Position numbers and translations under genes: made by a program
Assembly: GCA_026025075.1 (NCBI GenBank)
Contig: JAPEUI010000078.1
Coordinates: forward strand, 1-64,000
Source of the DNA: Vezdaea acicularis
Lineage: Eukaryota
Direction of reading: 5' to 3'
Length of the DNA stretch: 64,000 nt
Part shown: positions 24,276 through 36,300 of the stretch, one piece after another
How the letters are laid out: the number at the start of each line of letters is the position of its first letter
Position numbering within the stretch: position 1 is the stretch's first letter
Notes under the pieces: generated by a model
What the model saw: the letters and a program-made list of their open reading frames with translations, nothing else
Database searches by the model: none
What the model was told of the DNA's origin: nothing

Positions 24276-25816
24276 ATGCGTACCTTTGTCGCCGCTGGAG
24301 CGGTGCTGGTCGCCTCTCTCAACGGTGTCTACGCCGCATCCTCGTCGGACCTCTGCGCAGGCAGCTCGCAGGAGATTGGGGGCAACTGGTATTGCAAGGC
24401 CGTCTCCGCCATCGCCTATGCCAATGTCGCCGGTGCCGGCAAGTACATGGTGCCCACCGCCATGAGCGGAGGTGCCTGTCCCCAGGCTGCCTCTTCCTAC
24501 AATGGAGACATTGCCCCGATGGATGAGGATGTCAGTATCTCTTCCCCCCCCTCCCTTTCCGCAATCGCGCGGGAAGATCTGAAGATCTGAAGGTCCCAAG
24601 GTCCCAAGGTCGATCGTCTAACTCTGCACTTTAGGTTGCCATGCACTTCCGTGGTCCTCTCCAGTTGAAGCAATTCGCCGTCTATATGCCCAACTCGAAG
24701 AGCAAGCGTGAGGCGTCCGCCGCCCATCAGCGTCGCCACGGCCACCAACACTTCCACGAACACAACGCGGAGGTCAGGGATATTCAGGAAAGGGCGGTCG
24801 AGGAGCGTGAAGTCGTCGCCACGATCAACGGGCAGGTGGTCTCTTGGGCATCAAACGGCGCTCCCGGCGGTGCAGCTCCCACTCCTGCCGCTGGTTCCGG
24901 CTCTGGTGGCGGTAGCCCCGCTTCCTCCCCAGCCTCTGGCAGTGCCCCGGCCAAGCCAACGAGCGCTGGTCAAGCCGTGACCGGAGACTGGACCCGTACT
25001 GGCTACTACAACTCCCAGAGCCAGACTCTCGATGGGCTCGTCGTCTTGAACCACAAGGGTGGTTCGGGATCAGGTGTCTGGGATGGGTGAGTGATAGCTG
25101 GCAGAGAAAAGACTTGAGGAATTCAGGTATGCTGACAAGGTCTCTAGGAATTATGGAAACTCCCTTTCGTATGCGTCCTCCGACTTGACTACGGGAGCTT
25201 CGTCCCCTCAGTGCCTCAAGGATATGACCGTTCCCTCCAACACCGAATTCGCCATCTTCTCCGACAAGAAGTGCGGTAACGACTGTGGCTTCGTCCGCCC
25301 CGGTACTGTCGCTTATGGTGAGTCGATTGCTTTTGAGTTTTTCGTCAATTACCTGTGCTGATTCTATAACTAGAGGGTTTCTCCGGAGCGAACAAGGCTT
25401 TCTTCTTTGAATTTGCCATGCCTGACGACGGCACCAGCGGATGGAACATGAACATGCCCGCCATCTGGATGTTGAACGCCAAGATCCCCCGTACCCTCCA
25501 GTACGGCGAGGCCACTTGCTCATGCTGGGAAACTGGCTGCGGCGAATTCGACATCTTCGAGGTTCTCGACTCTGGAAACACTCGCATGAAGTCAACCTTC
25601 CACATGGCGAATGCTGGCGGCGACTCCAACTACTTCAAGCGCCCAACATCCGGAACGATGAAGGCTATGGTTCTTTTCAAGGGTGACTCGCAGACGGTTC
25701 AGATCCAGGTCCTCGACAACAGCGTCAACTTCGGCCCCAGCTTCACCAGCACTCAGATCAACGGTTTCTGCTCCGCCACAACCGACCCCAACCTCTCTCT
25801 CTTCACTCTTGGATAG
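24276..25816 (+). CDS. TOS1: TOS1/PGA52-like secreted cell-wall glycosidase-like protein (DUF2403 + DUF2401)
   Basis: Signal peptide; GGNWYC; APMDEDV / HFRGPLQLKQFAVY; Kex2-type KR plus His-rich segment; NMPAIWMLNAKIPRTLQYG...CSCWETGCGEFDIFEVL. Three introns. Confidence 0.88.
24573..24611 (+). repeat. 8-bp intronic tandem repeat x5 (GAAGATCT, GAAGATCT, GAAGGTCC, CAAGGTCC, CAAGGTC)
   Basis: Read directly in TOS1 intron 1. Confidence 0.85.
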
Positions 25817-26766
25817 AGGGGTAGGCGCTTCTGATGGCGGTGGAGTTTATAGGAAATTGAGAGTAGTGTCGGCCATAATTCCCTTATCTTACCGCAATAG
25901 GGACAGATATGAGGAAAAATTAGCCGTTTGCTGCGTCTAGTCTATCGAACCAATTACGCATGCAAAAAAACATTACTTTGATTTTTCCTATCCTGTTTCT
26001 TAGCCTTGTCGACTCAAGGACCTTTGTCATTGTCACCCTTTCCCCCTTGTACATGTGGCGACGAGCTGTGCTCCCCCCCCTCTTGCTTTCCGACGACCTT
26101 CTAGCATTGCTCTGTACAAAAACACAAACGCCACCGGCACCTCTCGACAGAGACATCCCTTGGTACACCGGCTGTCAGGGAGTGGAATGGCGGAAAGTAA
26201 TGCGAAGCGATTTGTCCGGGGTGTCGTGATGCTGGTTTTGCTGGGGCTGGTGCCTTCGTTCATCATGTGTCGGCCTTGTTTTTCCATGGTTTTTGCTGTT
26301 CACTTCGTATATTACACTGAGACGCGCTTTTATTTGCGGTGGCAATGATTAGTTTCTTGGGTGTTGCCTGATGAAGCTGTTTTTGATGACGTTGTAATTA
26401 TTCTGTGAATGCTATCTGCTGTGAAATGCACCGGTCCCCCGCTCGATCGCTTTGATCCCGGAACCTGGTCTACAGGAATTTTGTCGTGCACCATAGAGTG
26501 AGAAAGCAGCTGCATGGCGCTCCCCAAACCTCGGCTCAAAGCGACTCGCACGTTGAATTCGCCGGAAGGGAAAACCGAGCTATGCGGCGGCCCAGCCCCC
26601 CACACCCGCCGGTGTTTCTTAAACGCTCCCGCATCCGAACATCACAAGCCTAAAGACATCGAAACCCCTCGTCATCGCTATTTAGGTCCTGGCACCTACC
26701 TCGCACGCGTGATACACGATACCCGCCTACGAAGCTAGAAGAGGGTGAACGAGAGCATATAGTAGC

Positions 26767-27140
26767 GGCTGGTTTGTTGGGTGGCGCGCCCAGAGCTATA
26801 TATCCGACTGGCGGCATCGCGAGCTAGGGACGCCGGAGAACGCTTGGTATCGCGGTGGGGTCGGTGTATATTCGGCGGATACTGTGGTTAGAGGCGGTTG
26901 GGTTTGACGTTTGGGGAGCGTGGAAGAGAGGGATACGGCTGGTGCGTTGGGTGGCGCGGGTGTGGCTTTATATTCGACTGCGAGCCAAGGGACTTTGGAA
27001 AGCTTTGTTAACGACGTTTGGGACTCCGTATATACCTCTCACTTGGGGTATATAGTATCGGACTGACACTTACCAAGGTGCAGAGGAGAAGCAACACGGC
27101 TGAGTCGTTGGGTAGCGCGCCTGTGTCTGCTATATCCAAA
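26767..27140 (+). repeat. Diverged ~165-bp tandem repeat (about 2.3 copies) in the PEX13 upstream region
   Basis: Core GGCTG-n-GTTGGGT(G/A)GCGCG-n-TATAT(C/T)C at 26767, 26937 and 27098. The sequence after the core also aligns between copies 1 and 2. Confidence 0.8.
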
Positions 27141-27270
27141 ACAGCAACAGCAAAATCACGTCTCGCCTGACGCCTACCCATCAGCTTGGCGCTCTCGTAA
27201 CATTGTCCGAATCACCTCTCCTGGGCGCGCGTGTGCCCTTTCCATCTCTCCCCCACCTTAGCCTTCGATC

Positions 27271-28967
27271 ATGGCCCAACCTTCACCTCCTAAGCCGTGG
27301 GAGCGTGCCGGCGCCAGCGCAAATTCTGGTATGTGTCCCCCTTCTCAACGAGTACATACCATATCCAAATTAACCTCCCCCTTCTCTCTTCAGCCCTCCC
27401 CACAGCCCTAACACCACCATCTACACAACTACCATCGAACACACCTCCCACGGCAACAACAACAGGCATCAGCACATCATCAACAACCGACACCCCCTCC
27501 CTCCCACAACGCCCCTCCTCCCTCTCCTCCATCGTCAACCGCACCGCCTCCGCCTACTCCCCCTACAACAACACCGCCTCCCGCTTTGGCTCAACCCCTT
27601 ACGCCGGCGCCTACGGCTCCGCTTACACCTCTCCTTACTCGCGCTTCGGCGGCGGGATCGGGGGCGCCGGCTACGGAGGCTACGGCGGGATGGGCATGGG
27701 CGGGTATGGCGGGATGGCAGGGGGCTACGGGGGAATGGGCGGATACGGCATGGGCATGGGCGGTATGCCCGGCCAGATGGGCATGCCTCCTGGTGCTGGG
27801 GACGAGAGTCTGGCGGCGAGCTTCAGTCAGAGCACGCAGGCGACGTTTCAGCTGATTGAGAGTGTGGTCGGGGCGTTTAGTGGGGTGGCGCAGATGCTGG
27901 AGAGTACGTATATGGCGACGCATTCGAGCTTTTTTGGTGAGTCTTTCTCTTTCTTGTGGTTTGTGTTTCGTCCCCTTTCTTTCCAACCCCCCTTCTCTCC
28001 CTGGGGTGCTGGAAGCCTGTCATCCGCCACAAACGCCGCATACGGTCTTATCAGCAAAGTAACATGCGACTGACAAGCACCAGCCATGATCTCAGTAGCA
28101 GAGCAATTCTCCGCCCTGCGCACCACCCTCGGCTCCGTCCTGGGCATCTACACCATCCTACGCTGGCTCCGCACCCTCCTCGCGCGCCTAACCGGGCGTC
28201 CACCCCCCGCCTCTCCCTCCTCCATCACCGCCTCCTCTTTTGCCTCTTTCGAAGGACGCGCCGCCCCCCCCGCCACTCCAGGGGCTTCTACCAGCCCCCG
28301 CCCAAGCCGCAAACCCTTCCTCGTCTTCCTCCTCGCGGTCTTCGGTCTGCCCTATCTAATGGGCCGACTCATCTCCGCACTCGCCCGCTCCCAATCCGAA
28401 GCCGCCGCCGCCGCTGCCTCCTCCTCCCTTCTCCCCCCCTCTTCCTCCCCCAACGACACCACAATGCCCGACCCCACAACCCTAGCCTTCTGCCGCGCCA
28501 AATACGACTTCGCGCCCTCCTCCACCTCTCAAAAACTCGTCCAAGGCGTCGATCTCGAAGTACGGAAAGGCGATCTCGTCGCCGTCTTGTCGAAACTGGA
28601 TCCCCTCACGGGCGGGGAGTCCGAGTGGTGGCGCTGTAGGAGTCGGGATGGGCGCGTGGGCTGGTTGCCTGGGGTTTGGCTTGAGGAGGTTAGGGGCGCT
28701 GGACAGCTTGGTGCGGGACAGGTTGGGGCTGGGGTGGGAGGGACGAAGAGGATTGAGGAAGGTGGCAGGAAAGAGGGGGTGCAGGATTTGCTGGGCGGGG
28801 GCAGGGTTCATACGCTTACGAGTGAAGTCGGGGCTGAGAGCGTGCGGGCGGAGCCGACTAAAGGGGCAGAAGGGCAGAGCGAGGGAGTAAAGCTCCCCGC
28901 GGCGAATGGTCAGGCTGGTGGCGATATCTCCGCGAAGGCGTTTCAGCGGAGCGGGTTCTACGATTGA
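27271..28967 (+). CDS. PEX13: Peroxin 13 (docking factor with SH3 domain)
   Basis: MAQPSPPKPWER; YG/GM-rich region; STQATFQLIESVVGAFSGVAQMLESTYMATHSSFF; MISVAEQF; SH3 FCRAKYDF...KGDLVAVLSK...WWRCRSRDGRVGWLP. Confidence 0.96.
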
Positions 28968-29286
28968 GTTTGGTCGCTTTGATATAGTATTGTACATAGC
29001 CAGGCGTATTTGTTCTTTGAACGAGTGTATTTTCCCTCGTGGGCTACTCGTGCTGTGCTGACGCCCGCGCTATGCTTATGCTATGCTATACTTACATGAC
29101 GCTGCGAAGAAGACGATTCACCGCCTGCCATCCCCGTCCCAAAACGCCGTGCGCATAGCCGTGGGGTACGTATCCTTTCGGCCCTCCCTGAGAAGTACAT
29201 GAAATAAAAACGATGATCCCTCCCGGTCCCTCCATAAATCCTGGTTAATTCCCATTAGTAGAGAGCACAGGAGCAGGGGTACGAGG

Positions 29287-31200
29287 CTATAGTTCGTCGC
29301 GGGGGTCAAAGCGTAGCTGGATCTCCCAGGTGCGGGGCCGGACGGGGAGACCAAGGTAGTAGTCCGAGAAGCGGTAGAACTCGATTGTGGCGATGCGCCA
29401 GCTGTTACGCGGGTATGTATTAGACGGGGAGATAAAAAAAGGCAGACCGGAGGGGAGGGGGGGAGTAACTCACACTACACCGGGAATGGAGATCCATTGC
29501 CGGATGACGAATCGAAAGGTTTTCCATACGAGCAGCCATTCCTCGAGCACGGCGTCACGGATGCTCTGCTCTGGCGGCTGGTCCCGCGCTGCGCTTCCCG
29601 TCTCGTCGTCCGCTTCGTCGTCCTCCGGTAAGCCCTCGTACAGCCAGCGCTCGCGCTCCACTTCGCTCAGTGGCCGGTACAGACTCCCGTCCGGCCTGCT
29701 CTCGACGATGTGCCGGAACTTGCCCAGGGCCGTGATGGAAGCGCTGATGCGGTCGAGCGTGTTCACGAGGGCGACGAGCTCCGTCCTGCGGAGTGGGGGG
29801 GGCGTCATGGCCTTAGAAGTCTTGGGGCTCTCGTCGAATTCAAAGAGGACTTTCAGCGCCGCGCCGTAGCCGGCTGTCTGCAGCTTGCCCCACAGGCGGC
29901 ACTTGTCGCAGCCGACGCAGTCCATCAGGCGGCTGACGTTGCGGAAGTGGGTGCGGAAGTCTTCCTTCAAGCCTTGGGCTTCGGCGGAGGCGAACATGCG
30001 CGTCTCGTCGAAGATCTTGGGGGCGGCGCGCGCGGCGTTGGCGAGGCGGAGGACTTTCGCTTTGGTGTCGCGGTCCTGCGTGGGGTCGCCGGAGCAGAAG
30101 GTGTAGCTCGTGAGGTGGTCGCGCAGCTTGGCCACGGCGCGGAGGACGAGGCCGTAGTTGAAGTAGAGGTTGGAGATGCGCTCGGGGTGCGTAGCGAGGC
30201 GTTCGGCGAAGCAGGCCATGTTGGGGCCCCAGAGGCCCGTGGTCTGGTTGAGGTAGTCCCAGCAGAGGTGGGTCGAGATGGAGGCGTGCATCCCGGAGAT
30301 GATGCGGTAGAAAACGCGCGCTTCGAGGCATTCGTCGTCTTCGCTGACGAGGGGAGTGCCAGGTGGAGGGTGGTTTGCGAGCACTTGTTGCCGGTTATGG
30401 TCTTGGATCACGCTGCGTAGATCGGACGCGGCGCGGATGAGGGCGGCGCGGTTGCCGTTACTTGATGGCGGAGAGGGTGGCGCGCGTGAGAAGCAGTTCT
30501 CTGCGTAGATGGCATTCCAAACCTGTTGGGCAGATTCGCCCACGTAGCCGGTAAAGCGCTCGGGATTGTCGACAAGGGAGACGTAGTCGCCCTTTGCGGA
30601 GGCGGATTCATCCTCCGGGAGGCAGTAATCGCGATCATCGCATTCGTCGTCATACTCAACGACGCAAGACTCCCCAACGTCGTCGCCTAGCTCGCCTTGA
30701 AGCGGACGGTCCCGTCTTTCGGCTTGCTGTACGCGGCCAGGGTGTTCAGCTTTGGGCCCAGACAGCTTGGAGAGTTCCTCCGACCGCCATATCGCCGGGA
30801 CGTCCTCTTCGTTATCGAGAGTGTTCACAGCGCAGGCAATGTTGCCGCACACGCCATTGGCGTCACTCCAGAAGGGACAGACACGATTGTAGAGGTTGAG
30901 GCGGTAGTAGGCAAAGAAATCTGTGGTTTGTGTTATCTCTTTGACAGAGGGACCGAGGTCGGCGTTGAGGGTATCAAGGGTGGAAAATGAGGCGCAAGCA
31001 TCAGACACTATTGCTTTGGGCTCGAACTGCACGAAATTAGTATTCCATTAATTGAAGGGTCGAGACTCCGCAACACTTATACTCACAGCGCAGACATCAG
31101 GGCCCGGAGGGGTCGATCGCGACGCTGTCCTTTGCGCTGCATAAGTCGGCGTAAGGAATGCGAATACCGCCAAATAGAAGACCTTTGAAGCGCTTCTCAT
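29287..31200 (-). CDS. ERO1: ER oxidoreductin 1
   Basis: Signal peptide MRSASKVFYLAVF; FFAYYRLNL...CPFW...CGNIACAV; NPERFTGY; ISGMHASISTHLC; SRLMDCVGCDKCRLWGKLQ (CxxCxxC). The last exon ends ...FDPRDEL*. Confidence 0.97.
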
Positions 31201-31916
31201 CTTCGCGGTGATTATGGTAAGCTCCAGTTGCCACGGGATATCTCCGAGCGGTTCCTAGAAGTATTCAGGACAATCAGGTGATTGTTTGGCTCTTTTGCAA
31301 AACCTCTACAAGGGGCGCCCCTTTGCTCTCAAAGGGATTCTCAATAGAGCGTGAAAAGTTGGCTATCTCAAGATCCCCCTTGCGATCTCATGCGACGGAG
31401 TTGCTGCTCATATTGAATGTCCTATAGTTCTCGCAGGTAGAGAAGGGAAGCCACATAAACCTTTACTGGAAGTTGCGGAGGTCTTGTGCAGGACCAAGAT
31501 TGCTGACAATACTCAGGGTGTTTATGTGGCATTTATTTTTGCCTACCGAGAGTGACCCTTATGATGTCGGTCAAACTCACTCCCGGACTAATTCTGGACC
31601 AAACCCTTTGCCGACGGCTCCCGCGCGTTCGGATTAAAGTAATACCGCGTTTCGGGGCATGATCGTGGGTCTTGTTTCGCAAATAGTCTAGCAACCTAGC
31701 ATTCTGAAGGCGGAATGATCTACTAAGAAGTAGTCAGTGCTTGAGATTTCTAGAATCACTATTGCCAGGATAATATCAGATCAAAGTGGAGTACGTGCGT
31801 CAGCGAAGAAGAGCAGAGGAAACCAATTTGATCCGTCCCTTCGGCTAGGGCGACGTCATCTTCGCAAATCCTAGCAAGCCTCACTCCAAACCATTTACAT
31901 CACATCTTGTATTATC

Positions 31917-32614
31917 ATGAGGTCCTCAACTATTTATCGCGCACTCTTAATCACAGCCTTAGTTGGTACTGCCAGTGCACAATTACTTCTACCTTCCTTT
32001 CTGAACTGGCGCTCGCCCGCAGTTCCAGATTCGAAGCAGGCCGTTATGAATCCACCAGGCATCGCGTTACCACCATCAAGCCAGGATAACCCAATAGCCC
32101 CTAACGATCCCATCATCATATCTGATGTGATTGGTAAGGAGCGAAATATCAACATATTTGCAGGCTTCACTCGCGACATTGAAAGCGTCGCAAAAAGATT
32201 AGAAGATGGAAATCAGAACACCACCGTTCTCGCGCCACTGAACTCGGCAATCACTTCTTTACCAAGAAAACCATGGGAGGACCCTAGGGACTATGCTGCG
32301 ATGGGTGCTAACGCATACGATGGATCAGAGGGAGAAGATAGGGCTCACAGAAACTTGAGGAGATTCGTGGAGGCACATGCTATACCAGTTAGTCCTTGGA
32401 AAGAGCATGAAAAGGTGGAGACGCTTGCTGGGGGAAAGATCTGGTTCGAAAGCGCTGGAGGCAAGAAGAGGGTTTGTTTGCCACAGATCTCAACGGAGCC
32501 ATATGCTAATATGCTCCTTAGATTCAACCCGGGGATATCGAGGTCGTCAGTATAACCGACAAGGTATCGAATGGTGAAGTTTGGGTTCTAAAGGGAGTTG
32601 TCAACTATGCATGA
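31917..32614 (+). CDS. Secreted FAS1 (fasciclin) domain protein
   Basis: Signal peptide; TTVLAPLNSAI..LPRKPWEDP...NLRRFVEAH. After an intron at about 32472-32521 it reads IQPGDIEVV...SNGEVWVLKGVVNYA*. Confidence 0.88.
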
Positions 32615-33384
32615 TATCGAAATAGAACTTGTTTAGCTTTTATTTCTTCGGCCTGTGCAGACGGGGCCCTCCATGGCGTTTAAGAAAACCAGGATTCTTT
32701 ATGATTGGCTCATCTTTTGTATATAGCAGACGCAGGCGTCCAATAATCGTGTTTTGTTCTGCGTACGAAGTTATAGGGCAGAGATCAGTGCCCCTATCTC
32801 AAAAGTGCAGCGTGCGCGCCTTTCCTGACATGAAATTTGTACCAGGGGTCCTCATTTTCAGATGTAAGATCAGCTACGCGTTGGTTCGATCATGTTACAT
32901 GTATATTTCATCACGAATTGAAAAAGTCCGCAGGCTTGTTCCGTCGCATGGATGGCTCGCGGAATTTCCCGCTTCGCGAGAATGCCAAGCCAGAGAGGCC
33001 CGTCACTTGCGCAAAACCTGGAGAGTATCATGTTCTGGTTTTGACTTGTACAGCTCTCCTGTGGTCTTTTTCTTTGCCTTTACCCTCACAAACCGCACGA
33101 CCAGGATCGCGTTACTCTTCAGGGTTGACTGACGGCCGGAAGCCGGTCGCTGGTATTCACTGGGGAGCTCAAACGGCGACAGCGAGCTCTAGGGTGATAG
33201 CACTCCTGACGCGCTTCCACGACAGCATTCACACTCGGCCACTTAGTGACCAGACAAGTTTATTCATCATCGTCGTCCTAAGACTCTAATTTCGACTTGA
33301 TATCAAAAGAAAGAACGTTTCTCGGGCCAGCTCCTGAGGCGTTGTCTTGCAGTTCAGGAGGACGACGGCCTGACGGGCTTCGCC

Positions 33385-36300
33385 ATGAACCCCGCCAGCA
33401 AGGAAACTTGGCCACACTCAGACGGATCCCCACAATCTGGACCTCCTCCGACTCACGAGCAACAGGCTCAAATGTCGCAACAGCAACAGCGACCGCTCCC
33501 GGGATTTGGGTAAGTTTGCTCGCCTCCTTGCCCGCGTCGGCTGCTATGGGCGGCATACTTTTCTGCATAGCAAAACTCTTGTTCCGTTCCATCACCACAT
33601 AATGACATACTCTCCTAGCTTGAGTACATGGCTGACGTACAATTACGTGGATTTAGGTCAAACAATCCACCTCAACTAGGCTCAGCGGGCCAGCCAGGCC
33701 CAGTACTCCCGCCTCCTCAAGGTATGTTTTCAATTCCTGCCCCTATGAGCTCCAGCATCGAGCAATCAAAGAGCAGCAACAACCTTGATATACCTACTGA
33801 CTGTGACTGTGATATAGGACCGTATTATGCTCCAGGTCAACCTGGTGGCCACTCTATTCCCATCTTAGCTGGTCTTCAACAGGGTTCGCCCCCTCAGCAT
33901 ACCCAAGGACTTCCTCCACAGGCACAGCAGTCTGCCGTGCCTCAGCAACAGCAAAATCCTGCTCAGAGTTATGCTCTTCCTGCTATAAACCAACCTGGTT
34001 CACACCCGCAAGCTCCATCAACAATAGATCGCGAACGCGAGATGAGAGAACGAGACATACGCGAGAGACAAGATAGGGATAGACAACGTCTCCACGAGGA
34101 GGCTCTACAGAGAGACAGAGAAAGGGAGCAGAGGGAGCAAAGGGAACGTCACAGAATAGAGAATCAGCCACAACAACTACATCAGAATCATGCCGGGTCA
34201 TTGCCAATGCACCAGCCTGTGGCTTCAAAGGCACCAGCCATGCTTGGTCCGCGTGGAATACTTACTATGCACGATGGTGCCTCCACAAACTCATCTGGCC
34301 CTCTTGGCGTCCCTGCTGGACCAGGAAACGTATTTGGTGGACCGCTCCCAAATGAGGGAGGGCCCCCTCAAGCCCAGCAATTGCCTAACCAGGGCCCACA
34401 AGCACAAATGATTGGTTATGGTGCTGGTCCGGGCAACCACTCTATGCCTCCTAACTCCGTCGGTGCGACGCAAGGTCAACAACCAATTCTCAACGATGCT
34501 CTGAGCTACCTTGACCAAGTCAAGGTTCAATTTATGGAGCATCCGGATGTCTACAATCGCTTTCTTGATATCATGAAAGACTTCAAAAGCCAAGCCATCG
34601 ACACCCCTGGCGTTATTGATCGTGTCTCGACTCTTTTCAACGGGCACCCAAACCTCATCCAAGGTTTCAACACATTCTTACCACCCGGTTATCGCATCGA
34701 GTGTGGGACAGGCGATAATTCTCATACCATTAGAGTGACGACACCTTCGGGAACGTCTAATCTTACGGTATCTGGTGGTGTTACTCGGGCTACAAATGGT
34801 AGCTGGCCTAATCATGCTGCCCCACAGGGCCCCACAATTCAAGAGTACAGTCCTAGTGGACGAGTACCTGGCCCACCCTTTAATCCACTAAGCGCGCCTC
34901 ACGGACCGGGAGTGTCATTTGAGAACAACCATGGGCAACAGGCAGCCATCATGTCACAGCATCAACAAGAGCAGCGAGGAGTTTCTCAGCTACAAAATGC
35001 TGTCACCGCAGCCGCAAACGAGCCCGGACGGCAGGGCATAGAATCTACGCCTCCGAATGCTGGTCAGACTCAAGTGGCACTTGCTAGTACTAACGGTGCT
35101 GGCACTAGCTTCCTCCAAGCTGTTCAGGGTGGCCAACCTGGTGCCGAGAAACGAGGGCCGGTCGAGTTCAACCATGCGATTAGCTATGTGAACAAGATCA
35201 AAAACCGATTTGCTGCGCATCCTGAGATCTACAAGCAGTTCCTTGAGATTCTTCAAACATACCAAAGGGAAGCCAAGCCTATACAGGACGTCTATGCGCA
35301 GGTTACACAGCTATTCAGCTCTGCCCCAGATTTGCTTGAAGATTTCAAACAATTCTTGCCAGAATCTGCAGCTCAAGCAAAAGCTCAAGCTGCTGCAAGA
35401 CAAGCTGCGGAAGATGCATCTATACTCAGCAATGTGAGAGGAGGCGACCAGCTTTACCCCCCCGGCAGCCAAGCAACTCAGTCTCAACATGCCCCATCAC
35501 AGCGAACTGACATGAAGATGCCTCCTGTTGGTAACTTTGCGCCTCCTTCCACGGCTGCAGTAAAAGATTCGAAAAAGAAGCGTGGACTTGGAGGTCAGGG
35601 AGCACCTTCTTCATCTAGCCAAGCTGGACTTGGGGCTTCCGACACGATTGGGGCTTCGGGCGGTGCGCACCTTAATAGAGGAGGAACAATGATGCAGGGG
35701 GGAAACGCAGCAAAAGCCAATGTAAGTGCAAGTCTGGACAAAGGAAGACTGTTCACTTTTGTTTCTTCTTACTTTGAATCGCCTTAAGTGTTGAGCTTAT
35801 TTCTAAAACAGCGAACGAAACTTCACCACCAGAAGCCAGCTATTGTGGAGCAGCCTATGGTCGAGCCCACACTTACCCCAGCTTTACCATCGCCACTTCC
35901 TCCCACAACAAGTCAGTCAGCATCGTCAGAGGAGATAGCGTTCTTCGATCGTGTGAAGAAGTTCATAGGTAACAAGCAGGTCTTCAACGAGTTCCTTAAG
36001 CTCTGCAACTTGTTTTCTCAGGACCTTATCGACAAGACCGTTTTAGTTGCCAAGGTTGCTGACTTCATTGGTAATAACGTTGACCTATTGAACTGGTTCA
36101 AACAGTGGGTCATGTATATGGGAAAAGATGAGGTCATAGAAAATAAGGCTCGAGTCGCAACTGGACGTGTCTCGTTAAGCAATTGTCGAGCATTGGGCCC
36201 AAGTTATAGACTTTTACCGAAGCGGGTAAGTCACCTTTTAAACTGTCATTTTTCCGTTTTTCCAATTTCCCCTTTGCCTCTGAAGCATAATGGGCTACAT

